A stretch of DNA of 64,000 bases. Origin: an uncultured Candidatus Rokubacteria bacterium. Lineage in GTDB: Bacteria > Methylomirabilota > Methylomirabilia > Rokubacteriales > CSP1-6. Under the pieces are notes generated by a model, which saw only the letters and a list, made by a program, of their open reading frames with translations, made no database searches and was not told the DNA's origin. A program made the position numbers and the translations under genes. The stretch lies in NCBI GenBank assembly GCA_963771355.1, contig CAVYTA010000006.1:480001-544000 (forward strand), read 5' to 3'. Below, piece after piece: positions 10,399 to 21,091 of the stretch (position 1 is the first letter of the stretch; each line of letters begins with the position of its first letter).

Positions 10399-11339
10399 TT
10401 GAGGAGCACCACCGAGGCCACCGACAGGACGGCCAGCGCGAACGACCCGGCGAGCAGCTCGGGCACCCGGAAGAGCCGGAGCTTGGCCACCGCCGTCTCG
10501 AGCACGGCGAGGGCGGCGGCGAGCAGCACGAGCTTGCCCGCCAGCGCCAGCGCGCCCAAGAGCATGGGCAACGCCGCCGCTTCGGTGGGGATCCACCACG
10601 GGAAGAACAGGTTCACGAGGAGGGTGAGGAAGAGGAAGAGCTTCATGGCCCCCGCCCACTGCACCAGGGCCAGGTAGTGGCCGGAATACTCGAGCACCAT
10701 GGCCTCGTGGATCATGGTCAGCTCGAGGTGGGTGGCGGGATTGTCCACCGGGAGCCGGCCGTTCTCCGCGACCATCACGATGAAGAAGGCGAAGAAGGCC
10801 AGGATGTGTCCGGGATGGGCGGCGAGCACGGGATCGCCCCCGATCCGCTCGGCCACGCCCCCGAGGTTGGTGGTGCCGGTACGGATGGCGAGCGCGAATA
10901 CCGCGAGCATGATGGTGGGCTCGGCGAGGGCGGCCACCGCGACGCCCCGGCTCGACCCCATGCCCCCGAAGGCGCTCCCGGAATCGAGGCCGGCGAGGGC
11001 GAGGAAGAAGGTGCCGAGCATGAAGAGATACATGAGGAGGATCACGTTGCCGGCGAAGGCGAGCGCGGGGCGCGTCACGATGACCGGCACCACCGCCGCC
11101 GCCACCAGCATGGTCGCGGCCAGGACATAGGGGGTGACGGCGAACACCCACGAGGTGGTCTCCGAGACCACGGCCTCCTTCTGCAGGAGCTTCGCCAGAT
11201 CGGCGTAGGGCTGCCACGGGCTGGGGCCCCGCCGCCCCACGAGACGGGCCTTGAGGGTGCGGATGAGCCCCACCAGGAGCGGAGCTCCCGCCGCGACCAC
11301 CAGCGTCTGCGCCAGCGCGGCGAGGATGGCGGCGGTCAC
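10395..11339 (-). CDS. hyfC: Hydrogenase-4 subunit C-like (NuoH family)
   Basis: GTG start (VTAAILAA); RRGPSPWQPYADLAKLLQK, FGGMGSSR, ENGRLPVDNPATHLELTMIHEAMVLEYSG. Confidence 0.9.
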   Translation of the reverse strand: MTAAILAALAQTLVVAAGAPLLVGLIRTLKARLVGRRGPSPWQPYADLAKLLQKEAVVSETTSWVFAVTPYVLAATMLVAAAVVPVIVTRPALAFAGNVILLMYLFMLGTFFLALAGLDSGSAFGGMGSSRGVAVAALAEPTIMLAVFALAIRTGTTNLGGVAERIGGDPVLAAHPGHILAFFAFFIVMVAENGRLPVDNPATHLELTMIHEAMVLEYSGHYLALVQWAGAMKLFLFLTLLVNLFFPWWIPTEAAALPMLLGALALAGKLVLLAAALAVLETAVAKLRLFRVPELLAGSFALAVLSVASVVLLK

Positions 11340-13246
11340 GCGAACACCAGGAGGACCAGCAGCGCGGCGAGCACGTAGATGAGGTAGAGGTTCGAGTTGC
11401 CGGACTGGATGGTGCGCACCCGGGCGGTGGCGTGCTGCAGCGCCCGGCTCACGGGGCCGTAGAGCCATTCCTCGGCGAGCCCGCGCGGGAGATTCTCGTA
11501 CGCCATCCGGCGCACGAAGAAGCGCGATTCGGGGTGGTACTCGACCTCGAGCCGCTTCCGGGGCCGATACACGAAATCGAAGATCCGCTTGTACGGGCCG
11601 GCGAAGGAGGCCGCGTTGTACTCCATGCGCGCGGTCTGGAGAAGCCGCCCGCAGCCCCAGGTCGCGGTCCGGCGACGGCCCCGCGGCGCCCCCAACGCCC
11701 AGAGCGCGAGGGTGGGCAGGACCAGACCGAGGCCCAGGGCCAGCGCGATCACCGGCATCGAGAGGCTGGCGAAATCGCCCGCCACCGTGAGGGTGAGGGG
11801 CCACTCCACCAGCACCGGCGTCGGCAGCCCCACCAGGCTCGCCGCCGCCCGGCCCAGCACCGGGAGTACCACCGTGGGAGCCAGGCCCAGCGCGGCACAG
11901 GCGATGGCGAGGAGCACCAGGGCCAGGCGCATCGCGCCGCCCACCTCGTGGGCGCGGGCCGCCGATTCGCTACGCGGGAGCGCGAGAAACGTGATGCCGA
12001 AGGCCCGGACGAAGCAGGCCACCGCGAGGCCGCTGGTGAGCGCGAGCCCGGCGATGGCCAGCGCGAAGACCAGGCTCAGCTCGAGCCGGGGGATCTGGAC
12101 GGTCTGCAGGAGCGCCTGAAAGGTGAGCCATTCGCTCACGAAGCCATTGAGCGGGGGCAGGGCGGCGATGGCCACGGAGCCCACGAGAAAGGCGGCGGCG
12201 GTCCAGGGCATGCGCTTGATGAGCCCGCCCAGCGCCTCCATGTCGCGCGTGCCGGTGGCGTGGACCACCGCGCCGGCGCCGAGGAAGAGCAGCGCCTTGA
12301 AGGCGGCGTGATTGGCCGCGTGGTAGAGGGCGGCGGCCAGCGCGAACACCGCCAGGAACTCGAGGCCGGAGGCGTGGAAGACCATGCCCGCCCCGACACC
12401 GACGAGCACGATGCCCACGTTCTCGATGCTGGAGAAGGCGAGGAGCCGCTTGAGGTCACGCTCGACCAGGGCATAGAGGACGCCCTTCACCGCGGACACC
12501 GTCCCGGCGAGGAGCAGCACCACGCCCCACCAGGCGGGGCCGGGACCGAGCCACTCGAGCCCCGCGCGCAGGAGCCCGTAGATCCCCAGCTTGATCATCA
12601 CCCCGGACATGAGCGCGGAGACATGGCTCGGGGCGGCGGGATGCGCGATGGGGAGCCACACGTGCAGGGGCACCACGCCCGCCTTGCTCGCGAAGCCGAT
12701 GGTGAGGAGGAGCCAGGCCAAGCTGCGCGTGGCCCCGTCCAGGCCCGGGGCGGCGGCCGGCCAGTCCGCGAAGCGCAGGCTTCCCGTCGAGGCGCTCAGC
12801 AGCAGCATGCCGGCGAGCAGACTGGCGAGCCCGGCGTGCGTCATCACCGCGTACACCCACGCCGCCCGCACCACGCCCGGCTCGTCGTGGTCGTGGAGCA
12901 CGAGTGCGTAGGAGGCGAGCGCCATCAGCTCCCACGCGAGGAGAAAGGTCGGCGCATTACCGGCGAGGGGAACCACGCCCATCGCGAGCAAGAAGACGAG
13001 GTAGGAGACACGACCCTTTACCTCTCCCCGGGCCCGGTCCAACGAATAAATCGACGTGGGTACGGAGGTGCCGCCGATGAGGAGGAGGAAGAAGCCGGCG
13101 AGGGGATCCATGCGCAGCTCGAGGCCGCTCAGCGGCACGAGCCACGCAATCTGAACGGACCACTGAGAGCCGAGCAGGCCGGCGAGTCCCAGCCCCGCCG
13201 CGCCGAGCCCGGCCACGGCCCCGCCGACGAGGGCGAGGGAGGACAT
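11336..13246 (-). CDS. hyfB: Hydrogenase-4 subunit B-like antiporter subunit (NuoL/MrpA family)
   Basis: Start MSSLALVGG; WELMAL, KAGVVPLHVWLPIAHPAAPSHVSALMSG, KRLLAFSSIENVG, LPPLNGFVSEW. Confidence 0.9.
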   Translation of the reverse strand: MSSLALVGGAVAGLGAAGLGLAGLLGSQWSVQIAWLVPLSGLELRMDPLAGFFLLLIGGTSVPTSIYSLDRARGEVKGRVSYLVFLLAMGVVPLAGNAPTFLLAWELMALASYALVLHDHDEPGVVRAAWVYAVMTHAGLASLLAGMLLLSASTGSLRFADWPAAAPGLDGATRSLAWLLLTIGFASKAGVVPLHVWLPIAHPAAPSHVSALMSGVMIKLGIYGLLRAGLEWLGPGPAWWGVVLLLAGTVSAVKGVLYALVERDLKRLLAFSSIENVGIVLVGVGAGMVFHASGLEFLAVFALAAALYHAANHAAFKALLFLGAGAVVHATGTRDMEALGGLIKRMPWTAAAFLVGSVAIAALPPLNGFVSEWLTFQALLQTVQIPRLELSLVFALAIAGLALTSGLAVACFVRAFGITFLALPRSESAARAHEVGGAMRLALVLLAIACAALGLAPTVVLPVLGRAAASLVGLPTPVLVEWPLTLTVAGDFASLSMPVIALALGLGLVLPTLALWALGAPRGRRRTATWGCGRLLQTARMEYNAASFAGPYKRIFDFVYRPRKRLEVEYHPESRFFVRRMAYENLPRGLAEEWLYGPVSRALQHATARVRTIQSGNSNLYLIYVLAALLVLLVFA

Positions 13247-13755
13247 CAGCGACGGCGGCCGATGGCGTCGAGAAGACCCGCGAGGAGCGCCGTCGGCGAG
13301 GGCGGGCAGCCGGGGATCACGCCGTCCACGGGCACGACGGCGGCGACGCCTCCCACGATGGCATACGAGCCCTGAAAGATGCCGCCGTCGCGCCCGCAGT
13401 CGCCGGCGGCGATCACGAGCTTGGGATCCGGGGTCGCCTCCCACGTGAGGCGGAGCGCCTCGGCCATGTTCAGGGTGACGGGGCCGGTGACGAGGAGGCA
13501 GTCGGCGTGGCGGGGTGAGGCCACGAAGTGCAGGCCGAACCGCTCCAGGTCGTAGTGGGGGCCGGTGAGCCCGCCGATCTCGAGCTCGCAGCCATTGCAG
13601 GAGCCGGCGTCCACCTGGCGGATATGCAGCGAGCGCCCGAAGCGGCGATGCACCTCGGCGCCCAGTCGGGCCCCGATCCCCTCGAGGGCGGGATCATGAG
13701 CCGGGGGCTCGGTGACGATTCCGGCTCGAAGCCCCACACTCAGCTGGCGGATCAT
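13246..13755 (-). CDS. Ehr small Fe-S subunit (HyfI/NuoB family)
   Basis: DAGSCNGCELE, ASPRHAD, GDCG, IPGCPP. Confidence 0.92.
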   Translation of the reverse strand: MIRQLSVGLRAGIVTEPPAHDPALEGIGARLGAEVHRRFGRSLHIRQVDAGSCNGCELEIGGLTGPHYDLERFGLHFVASPRHADCLLVTGPVTLNMAEALRLTWEATPDPKLVIAAGDCGRDGGIFQGSYAIVGGVAAVVPVDGVIPGCPPSPTALLAGLLDAIGRRR

Positions 13756-13926
13756 CTATTGCAGAGCGTCGGGTCGAGGGACAAGACTCTCACCATCCTC
13801 CACATACCGAATCCGCGAGACGCAGTCAAGTAATCGGCGGCGCCGTGGCAGGGAGTCCGGGACGGACGTGGACAGACGCCTGCATCAGGGAGAGAGGCTG
13901 CTCTGACGACTGGCGAGGAAGGCGAA

Positions 13927-14244
13927 CTAGCGGCGGAAGCCGCGGTCGCCGCCGCGGTCGCGGTCACCGCCGCCCCCGCCGCCGCCCCGCTTGGCTCCGG
14001 TCGATTGCGACCGCTCGACCTTCAGCTGGCGGCCGTCCACCTTCGCCCCGTTGAAGCGGGAGATCGCCGCATCGGCGTCCTCGGGGGTGGCCATCTCGAC
14101 GAACCCGAAACCGCGCGATTGCCCGGTCTGGCGGTCCGTGACGACCGTGGCCGACTCGACACGGCCGGCTTCCGCGAAGATCTCGCGCAGCCGCTCGCTC
14201 GAGGTGGAGAAGGAGAGACCGCCGACGAAGAGCTTGTCCGCCAT
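13927..14244 (-). CDS. RRM-domain RNA-binding protein with Gly/Arg-rich tail
   Basis: KLFVGGL (RNP2) and RGFGFVEM (RNP1); start taken at MADKLF. Confidence 0.95.
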   Translation of the reverse strand: MADKLFVGGLSFSTSSERLREIFAEAGRVESATVVTDRQTGQSRGFGFVEMATPEDADAAISRFNGAKVDGRQLKVERSQSTGAKRGGGGGGGDRDRGGDRGFRR

Positions 14245-14420
14245 GATCGAGCCCCCTGTAGCCGTGCGTGTGACCGGGCGCGCGACGGTGCCGGTCTGAC
14301 GCACCGGGGCGCGGTCTGGAGGGAGTGCGGTTTGTGGTGAACCGACCTTCGCCCAGGCGCCGCCAGTTTACACGACTCCCCGGGGGCCCGCCGGGATTTC
14401 AGGGCCCCTCGGGCCGCTGT

Positions 14421-15038
14421 TCAGGGGCGGCGGGCGAGCTCGATCTGGACGGGCAGCGTCGTGTTGAGGAAGTGGCCGGTCATCCTGTCGCCCTGCACCG
14501 TGAACTGCGCGGAGAACGGCTTCCTGTCCGTCGCTTCCTGGATGTAGACGTCATTGCCGTCGACCTTCACCCAGACCAGGACGCCGACCGAGCCGGCCCG
14601 GCGTAGAGCCCACGGCACGCCCTCGACCGCGCCCGCGTCGCTGACCACCAGCACGCCTTCGCCGCGATCGTCCTTGAGCGCAAACTCGGCCCGCGCCACC
14701 GCCGACCGCGCCGTCTGCGAGAACATTCCGCGCCCGGACCAGCCGCCTTCCCATCGCCCGTTGATCTCGGCCGGCGGCCCGTCGGCAAGCGACCCGTCGG
14801 CAAGCGACTCGGGAAGACCCTTGCCCCACCACTGCTCTTTCTGGGCATTGGCCAGGTCCGCTTCCGTGATCCGTGGCTTCCGCGCGCCGGCATTGCGCGC
14901 CGAGAAGGCCATGTGGCGGTCCGATGCGTATTGCGTCGGGTGGTCCTGCCATGTCTGGCGGTCCTCGGCGGTGGTGCAGGCGGTCGCGAACAGCATCACG
15001 CCCCCCAGCAAGATCGGACGCAGGCAGTGGGTCATCAT
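14421..15038 (-). CDS. Hypothetical lipoprotein
   Basis: RBS GGAGGAG; signal peptide ending in lipobox-like ATAC; internal SLADG duplication. Confidence 0.7.
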   Translation of the reverse strand: MMTHCLRPILLGGVMLFATACTTAEDRQTWQDHPTQYASDRHMAFSARNAGARKPRITEADLANAQKEQWWGKGLPESLADGSLADGPPAEINGRWEGGWSGRGMFSQTARSAVARAEFALKDDRGEGVLVVSDAGAVEGVPWALRRAGSVGVLVWVKVDGNDVYIQEATDRKPFSAQFTVQGDRMTGHFLNTTLPVQIELARRP

Positions 15039-15127
15039 CGTGCTCTCCTCCCGGCCGGTACGCGGTGCAAGGCCAGCACCAACCCTACACCCCCATCGAA
15101 TCAAACCTTTCGTATCCAGATAGGGAC

Positions 15128-15171
15128 CCGGATGACAGGCTGACGTCCGGAATGTCAACCGGATGACAGGC
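15128..15171. repeat. 13-bp direct repeat CCGGATGACAGGC x2 in a divergent intergenic region
   Basis: Copies at 15128-15140 and 15159-15171; minus-strand TTGACA lies between them. Confidence 0.55.
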
Positions 15172-15295
15172 CGGGAGGGAGGGGAGGGCCCGCCGGGGGC
15201 CCCTTGTGTTCCCCTCGGGAACGGGGGAGTATGGGGCCCTGTCGCCGGGCCCCGACGCCCGCGCGCCGTGTTTCCAACTGCCACGGAGGCCGCGA

Positions 15296-16504
<1,209 letters not shown>

Positions 16505-16579
16505 ACTGTCTCGCCCCTTCCGTCCGGCGGCGCGGGGAAGCCTCCCGGCTCTCCGCGCCGCGGATCCTAGGAGATCCCC

Positions 16580-17380
16580 ATGAATCTCTCCGCCAAGGAC
16601 CTGACGCTGGACCTCGCCATCCGGTACGGCTTCCAGGTGATGGGAGCGATCGTGATCCTGGCGGTGGGATTGCTCCTCGCCCGCTGGGTGGGCAATCTCT
16701 TCGACAGCTGGCTCCAGAAGCGCGCGCTGGAGCCGCCCGCCCGCAAGCTCATGGTGCGGGTGGTGCGCGTGGTGGTGATGGTGTTCACGCTGGTCGTCGC
16801 GCTGGACAAGTTCGGCTTCCAGATCGCCCCGCTGGTAGCGGGCATCGGGGTGGCCGGTCTCGGCATCGGGATCGCGCTCCAGGGCGTGCTGTCCAACGTG
16901 GTGGCCGGACTGACCATCATCTTCACCAAGCCCTTCAAGGTGGGCGAGTACATCCAGGTGGTGGGCGTGCACGGGCAGGTGAGTATCATCGACCTGTTCT
17001 CGACCACGCTCCTGCACCCCGACCAATCGCGCGTGGTCATCCCCAACCGGAAGATCGTGGGCGAGATCCTGCAGAACCACGGGAAGATTCGTCAGCTCGA
17101 CCTTCGGGTGGACGTGGCCTTCGCCACCGACCTGGAGCGGGCGCTGGGCGCGGCTCGCGGCGCGGTGGAGGCCGACCCGCGTGTCCTGCGGGAGCCCGCG
17201 CCGGTCATCGGCGTGGCGGGAGTGACCGACGGGCGGGTCACCGTCGCGGTGAAGCCGTGGGTGACGGCGGACGCCGAGGTGGCCGCCTCGGGCGATCTGT
17301 ACCGCGCCGTCGTGGAGCGTCTTCGCGCGGCGGAAATCGAGGTCCCGCGCTCCCGGCACGAGGTCCACATGCTCGCGTGA
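16580..17380 (+). CDS. mscS: Small-conductance mechanosensitive channel family protein
   Basis: GIGIALQGVLSNVVAG, KPFKVGEYI, VVIPNRKI. Confidence 0.92.
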   Translation: MNLSAKDLTLDLAIRYGFQVMGAIVILAVGLLLARWVGNLFDSWLQKRALEPPARKLMVRVVRVVVMVFTLVVALDKFGFQIAPLVAGIGVAGLGIGIALQGVLSNVVAGLTIIFTKPFKVGEYIQVVGVHGQVSIIDLFSTTLLHPDQSRVVIPNRKIVGEILQNHGKIRQLDLRVDVAFATDLERALGAARGAVEADPRVLREPAPVIGVAGVTDGRVTVAVKPWVTADAEVAASGDLYRAVVERLRAAEIEVPRSRHEVHMLA

Positions 17381-17510
17381 TCCAGCGCGTCACCTTTTGC
17401 GACCAGCGATTCGAGTGCCGCGGCGCTGCGTTCCGGCGTAATATCGACTGCGTCGGCGAGCTTCCGGGACGGCGGTTCTTCGGGGTGCTCGGCGTCATCT
17501 CCTAAACGCG

Positions 17511-18764
17511 ATGAAGCGAAAGCTCGTAGTCGGGCTGGCCGCGCTGGCGGTGCTGGGAGCCGTCGGCTACGGCGTCTACGCCTGGATCTTTTCCCGTTCA
17601 CATATCTGGACGGACGACGCCTACATCGAGGGAACCATCGCCCAGGTGAGCGCCAAGGTGGGCGGCCACGTGGCGGAGCTCCTCGTGGACGACAACCAGC
17701 TCGTCAAGACCGGCGATCTGATCCTCCGGCTCGACCCGCGAGACTACCAGGCCAAGCGCGACCAGGCCCACGCGGCGGCCGGGGTGGCGGAAGCCGCGCT
17801 CCGGTCGGCGGGCTCGGAGGTGCCGCTCGCGCGCGAGCTCAGCCGGGCTCAGAGCGATGAGGCGCGCGCCTCGCTGGAGGCGGCCCGGGGCGCCGAGCGC
17901 GCCGCGGAATCCGCGGTGGCCGAGGGGCTGGCCCGCGTGGAGTCGCGCCGGGCCGCGGTGCTGGCCATGCAGGCCGAAGTGCAGGGCGGCATGAGCAGCC
18001 AGCGCCAGACCTCTCGCGAGCAGGAGCGCGTGCGTCAGCTCGCGCGGGGCGGCTACGTGGCCGAGCGCGACGTGGACCAGGCCGAGGCCGCGGCGTCCAG
18101 CGCGGCGTCCGGGCTCGAGGCGACGCGCCGCCGGCTCAGCCAGGCCGAGAAGGAAGTGGACCAGGCGCAGGCGGAGCTGGCCTCGCGCCGGCACGCGGTG
18201 GCGCAGGCCCGGGAGCGCGCGCTGGAAGCGCAGGCGGCGCTGGCTCGCGCGGACAGCCAGCGCCACACCGTCCCCGTGAAGGAGGCGGAGGTCGTGCGCG
18301 CGGAGGCGCGATTGCGCGAGACGCGCGCCGACCTCGCCCTCGCCGAGCTCCAGCTGTCCTATACCGAGCTACGGGCGCCCGTCGACGGCGTGGTGGCGAA
18401 GAAGTCGGTGGAGCTGGGGCAGGTGGTGCAGATGGGCCAGCCGCTCATGGCCATCGTGCCGCTCCACGCGGTGTGGGTGGTGGCCAACTTCAAGGAGACC
18501 CAGCTCTCGCGGGTGCGGCCGGGGCAGACCGCCTGGGTGGAGGTGGACACCTTCCCGGGCAAGGCACTGAACGGTGTGGTCGAGTCCATCAGCCCGGGCA
18601 CGGGCTCGCGCTTCTCGCTTCTCCCGCCCGAGAATGCCACCGGCAACTGGGTCAAGGTGGTCCAGCGCGTGCCCGTCAAGATCCGGCTCAACGTCAAGGA
18701 GTTCGGGAACCCGCAGCCGCTCCGCGCCGGAATGTCCGCCGTGGTGACGATCAAGGTGAATTGA
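17511..18764 (+). CDS. HlyD/EmrA-family membrane fusion protein
   Basis: WTDDAYI, VANFKETQL, FSLLPPENATGNWVKVVQRVPV. Confidence 0.93.
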   Translation: MKRKLVVGLAALAVLGAVGYGVYAWIFSRSHIWTDDAYIEGTIAQVSAKVGGHVAELLVDDNQLVKTGDLILRLDPRDYQAKRDQAHAAAGVAEAALRSAGSEVPLARELSRAQSDEARASLEAARGAERAAESAVAEGLARVESRRAAVLAMQAEVQGGMSSQRQTSREQERVRQLARGGYVAERDVDQAEAAASSAASGLEATRRRLSQAEKEVDQAQAELASRRHAVAQARERALEAQAALARADSQRHTVPVKEAEVVRAEARLRETRADLALAELQLSYTELRAPVDGVVAKKSVELGQVVQMGQPLMAIVPLHAVWVVANFKETQLSRVRPGQTAWVEVDTFPGKALNGVVESISPGTGSRFSLLPPENATGNWVKVVQRVPVKIRLNVKEFGNPQPLRAGMSAVVTIKVN

Positions 18765-21088
18765 GCCGGAAATCTCCGGGGCTCGACGCCGAGACGCTCG
18801 CGACGCTGGAGAGCATCCAGCGCCGGGTGCTGTGGCTCGCGACCTGGATGGTGCATCACGCCAACAATATTCGCCCCAACCCCGAGGGCACCAAGGTGGG
18901 CGGGCATCAGGCCTCCTCCGCCTCCTCCGTGGGGCTACTCACCGCGCTCTACTTCCACCACCTCCGCGAGGGCGACGTCGTCGCGCTGAAGGCGCACGCC
19001 GCACCCGCCTTCTACGCCATCCAGTACCTCTTCGGGCGCCTCACCGCGGACGACCTGCGCGAGCTGCGGACCTTCGGCCGTCTCCAGGCCTATCCGAGCC
19101 GGCGCAAGAATCCGGAGGTGGTGGATCTCTCGACGGGCTCCATGGGGCTCGGGGCGGTGCAGGCGACCTTCGGCGCCTTCGCCACGCGCTATCAGGCGGA
19201 CCACGGCGGGCCCGGACGCCCCGAGCGCGTGCTCGTCATGGTGGGGGACGCCGAGCTCGATGAGGGCAATGTGTGGGAGGCGCTGCTCGAGGAGCCGGTG
19301 GCGGCGCTGGGCAATGTCCGCTGGATCGTGGACATGAATCGCCAGAGCCTGGACCGCGTGGTGCCGGACTCGCGGCGCCGCCAGCTGCGTGACATGTTCG
19401 CGGCGGCGGGCTGGCGCGTGCTGGAGCTGCGCTGGGGCTCCCGGCTGCGCGCGCACTTCGCCGGCCCGGGGGGCGAGGCGCTGGCGCGGCGGCTCGAGGC
19501 AATGTCCAACGCGGAGTATCACGCGCTGCTCCGCCTGCCCGCCGCCGCCGCCCGCAAGGCCCTCGTCACCGCGGCCGACGGCGCGCCCGATCCGGCGCTC
19601 GAGGGGCTCTTCGCGGGCCGCGCGGACGAGGACGTGCAGGCGCTGCTGGGCGACCTCGGCGGCCACGACCTCGCCGCAGTGATCGCCGCGTACGCCGAGG
19701 CGGATGCCGATCTCACGCGGCCCTCGGTGATCCTCGCCGACACGCTCAAGGGGTGGGGCCTGCCGATGGCCGGCGACCCCATGAATCACGGCGCGCTGCT
19801 GAGCCTCTCCCAGATCGAGACGCTCCGGACCGCGCTGGGCGTGCGGGCGGGCGAGGAATGGGCGGCGTTTCCCGCGGGAAGCCCGGAGGCAGCGCTGATC
19901 CGCGCCCGGCCGCCTTTCTTCCGGCCTGCCGCGCCCCCAGCCAGCCCGGTCGAGATCCCGGCGGACCTCGGCGAGGCCTATGCGGGCCCGCTCTCCACCC
20001 AGGAGGCGTTCGGCCGGACGCTCGCCGCCCTGGGCCGGACGCCGGCGGGGGATCGCATCGTGACCGTCTCCGCGGACGTGGCGATCACCACCCACCTCGC
20101 CGGGTGGATCAACCGGAAGGGCATCTACGCGCGGACGGCGCGGCCGAATCCCTTCGCGGACATCCCGCAGGCCATGCAGTGGCGCGAGAGCCCCGCGGGC
20201 CAGCACATCGAGCTGGGCATCGCCGAGCACAACCTCTTCCTCCTGCTGGGCGCCCTCGGCCTCACCGGCGAGCTCTCGGGCGAGGCGCTCTTGCCCATCG
20301 GCACCCTCTACGATCCCTTCGTCACGCGCGGGCTGGACGCCCTCTATCACGCGCTGTACTCGGGTGCCCGCTTCGTGGTGGCCGCCACGCCGTCCGGCGT
20401 GAGCCTGGCTCCCGAGGGTGGCGCGCATCAGTCGGTGATCACCCCGGGCATCGGCATCGCGCTGCCCGGCATCGTCTACTGGGAGCCCGCCTTCGCCAAG
20501 GAGGTGGAGTGGATCCTGCTCGATGGGCTCGCGCGGATGGCCCGCGGCGAGGGCGAGAGCCTGTACCTGCGCCTGTCCACACGTCCCCTGGATCAGGCCC
20601 TGGCGCCGGCGCCGAGCCCGGCGCTCCGCGCGGCGGTGCTGGCGGGGGGCTATCGCCTGCTCGACGCGCGCGGGGAGGCCGGCTGGGACCGGGAGGACAA
20701 TGCGGTGTCCATCTTCGCCACCGGCGTCATGGCGCCCGAGGCCGTCGCGGCGGCGCGCATGCTCGGCGAGGAGGGCCTCCACGCCAGTGTCTTCGTGGCG
20801 ACCAGCCCCGACCTCCTCCATCGCGGACTACGGGCGGGGCGGGGAGTGCTCGAGACGCTGGTGTCCGCCGACGAGGAGGACGTTCCCATCGTGTCCGTGC
20901 TCGACGGCCATTCCCATGGTCTCGCGTTCCTGGGCGGCGCGCTCGGCGTCCCGCAGATGCCGCTGGGCGTGGATCACTTCGGCCAGTCCGGTACCCGGGC
21001 GGATCTCTACCGCCACTACGGCATCGATGCGCCGTCCATCGCCGCCGCCGCCCGCCTCCTGCTCGGCCGACCCGCGCGACCCTCCTAG
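18761..21088 (+). CDS. Homodimeric pyruvate/2-oxoacid dehydrogenase E1 (AceE-like, transketolase fold)
   Basis: TTG start overlapping HlyD stop; KVGGHQASSAS, STGSMGLG, GDAELDEG..N ThDP motif, APEGGAHQS, FGQSG. Confidence 0.88.
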   Translation: MSRKSPGLDAETLATLESIQRRVLWLATWMVHHANNIRPNPEGTKVGGHQASSASSVGLLTALYFHHLREGDVVALKAHAAPAFYAIQYLFGRLTADDLRELRTFGRLQAYPSRRKNPEVVDLSTGSMGLGAVQATFGAFATRYQADHGGPGRPERVLVMVGDAELDEGNVWEALLEEPVAALGNVRWIVDMNRQSLDRVVPDSRRRQLRDMFAAAGWRVLELRWGSRLRAHFAGPGGEALARRLEAMSNAEYHALLRLPAAAARKALVTAADGAPDPALEGLFAGRADEDVQALLGDLGGHDLAAVIAAYAEADADLTRPSVILADTLKGWGLPMAGDPMNHGALLSLSQIETLRTALGVRAGEEWAAFPAGSPEAALIRARPPFFRPAAPPASPVEIPADLGEAYAGPLSTQEAFGRTLAALGRTPAGDRIVTVSADVAITTHLAGWINRKGIYARTARPNPFADIPQAMQWRESPAGQHIELGIAEHNLFLLLGALGLTGELSGEALLPIGTLYDPFVTRGLDALYHALYSGARFVVAATPSGVSLAPEGGAHQSVITPGIGIALPGIVYWEPAFAKEVEWILLDGLARMARGEGESLYLRLSTRPLDQALAPAPSPALRAAVLAGGYRLLDARGEAGWDREDNAVSIFATGVMAPEAVAAARMLGEEGLHASVFVATSPDLLHRGLRAGRGVLETLVSADEEDVPIVSVLDGHSHGLAFLGGALGVPQMPLGVDHFGQSGTRADLYRHYGIDAPSIAAAARLLLGRPARPS

Positions 21089-21091
21089 TCC

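Noticed and set aside
13756..13926. Possible fluoride riboswitch upstream of the Ehr operon
   Set aside because: No GGCGATGG...CTGATG-type core in the correct arrangement; only a weak TTGACT promoter-like site.
14779..14808. 15-bp tandem duplication (SLADG x2); similar AEH repeat near 36725-36750
   Set aside because: Short in-frame linker duplications, not an array.
14384..15197. 12-bp GGGCCCGCCGGG direct repeat flanking the lipoprotein gene as a possible target-site duplication
   Set aside because: All-GC word that is plausible by chance; no mobility gene or terminal repeats.
17377..17505. 42-codon GTG ORF between mscS and the HlyD gene
   Set aside because: No SD or known motif; the region contains a TAATAT -10-like box and is probably a promoter.
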